A stretch of 53,095 nucleotides of DNA, taken from Vitrella brassicaformis CCMP3155 (taxonomy: Eukaryota; Protista; Chromerida). This document shows positions 52,401-53,095 of the stretch, piece after piece (within the stretch, counting starts at the first letter, position 1; every line of letters begins with the position of its first letter). The stretch spans positions 1 to 53,095 of the forward strand of contig CDMY01000550.1 in assembly GCA_001179505.1 (NCBI GenBank), in the 5' to 3' direction. A program made the translations under genes and the position numbers. The notes beneath the pieces were generated by a model. That model was given only the letters and a program-made list of their open reading frames with translations, did not search any database and was not told the origin of the DNA.

Positions 52401-53095
52401 GACGTCTCTCTCTCTCTCTCTCTCTCTCTCGCGCGCACGCGCGCGGTGCTTGTGTGCCAGGTTATCGACGCTGGCCCTTAAGGCCTTCTTTTCGCGCTTC
52501 GCGCGGCACCACCTCTCTCTTTCTGTTACGACCGAGGTCGCCTCGATACACCCACCCAGTCCTCCACCTGTATGCAGGCAGGGAGTCAGCCAGACAGACA
52601 TACAGACAGACAGACAGACAAACATACGATGGATGAATGAATGAATGTGTGTAAGTGTGTGTGTGTTGCTTTTGGTATCGCCTGAAAGGAGGTGAAATCA
52701 ACACGTATGAAGGTCGTTCAGGGGTCGAATCGTGCCTTCTCTGCTAGTCATGAATCGCTCTGCTACGAGGGACCTTGGCCATGCGTGGCTGCAGAGATAG
52801 ATCACCTGCAAGACCACTCACAGACAGACAGACTGACAGACTGACAGGCAGGCAGGCAGGTAGGCAGGAATGCATGGGTGCGTGCCTGATACCTGCTGCC
52901 TGTTGCTTCATGCGCACGGTGGACATCAACAGGTGGGCTGCGTGGGAGAGATCGACACACAGGGAGGGTTTGATTGATTGCTGTGTTTCCCGTGCTTTCC
53001 TTCCCGACCATTTCCGTGGATTTCCTGTCATTCCCGGAGCAATGTGACCTTATGGAGTCGAAGCCCATTTTCTTTCCTTCTCCAAAATTCCGAGC

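Noticed and set aside
44398-53095. A TET/JBP dioxygenase partner for the KDZ domain
   Set aside because: No HxD...H...R pattern is recognisable in the neighbouring ORFs or exon fragments.

Overview
Eukaryotic, GC-rich, intron-dense nuclear DNA. It is most likely the chromerid alga Vitrella brassicaformis or a close alveolate relative. That is an inference from microsatellite-filled short introns, an apicomplexan-style CDPK, a bipartite plastid leader on LeuRS and a lineage-type ankyrin family. I can model about 18 genes, almost strictly alternating in strand. Left to right: ankyrin protein (-, runs off the left edge), hypothetical (+), LplA/LipL2-type lipoate ligase (-), Ggc1-type mitochondrial GTP/GDP carrier (+), NWE/GNW-motif ciliary microtubule inner protein (-), CDPK (+), polycystin-2/TRPP-like channel (-), SOS1-like Na+/H+ antiporter (+), intronless membrane hypothetical (-), mu-class GST (-), multipass C3HC4 RING protein (+), organellar LeuRS (-), MLO-like protein fused to a calmodulin-like tail (+), secreted Cys-rich protein (-), disabled inverted paralog of the ankyrin gene (+), large multipass hypothetical (-), intron-containing KDZ-transposase-domain gene (+), and a weakly supported hypothetical (-). 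The best leads are the MLO-EF-hand fusion, the spliced KDZ transposase, introns with AC-rich 5' and GT-rich 3' ends that could self-pair, and a recurring TGCGAGCT element in short head-to-head promoters. No rRNA, tRNA or CRISPR array was seen. All family calls are by-eye motif recognition with no database searches, and exon boundaries were assembled manually.
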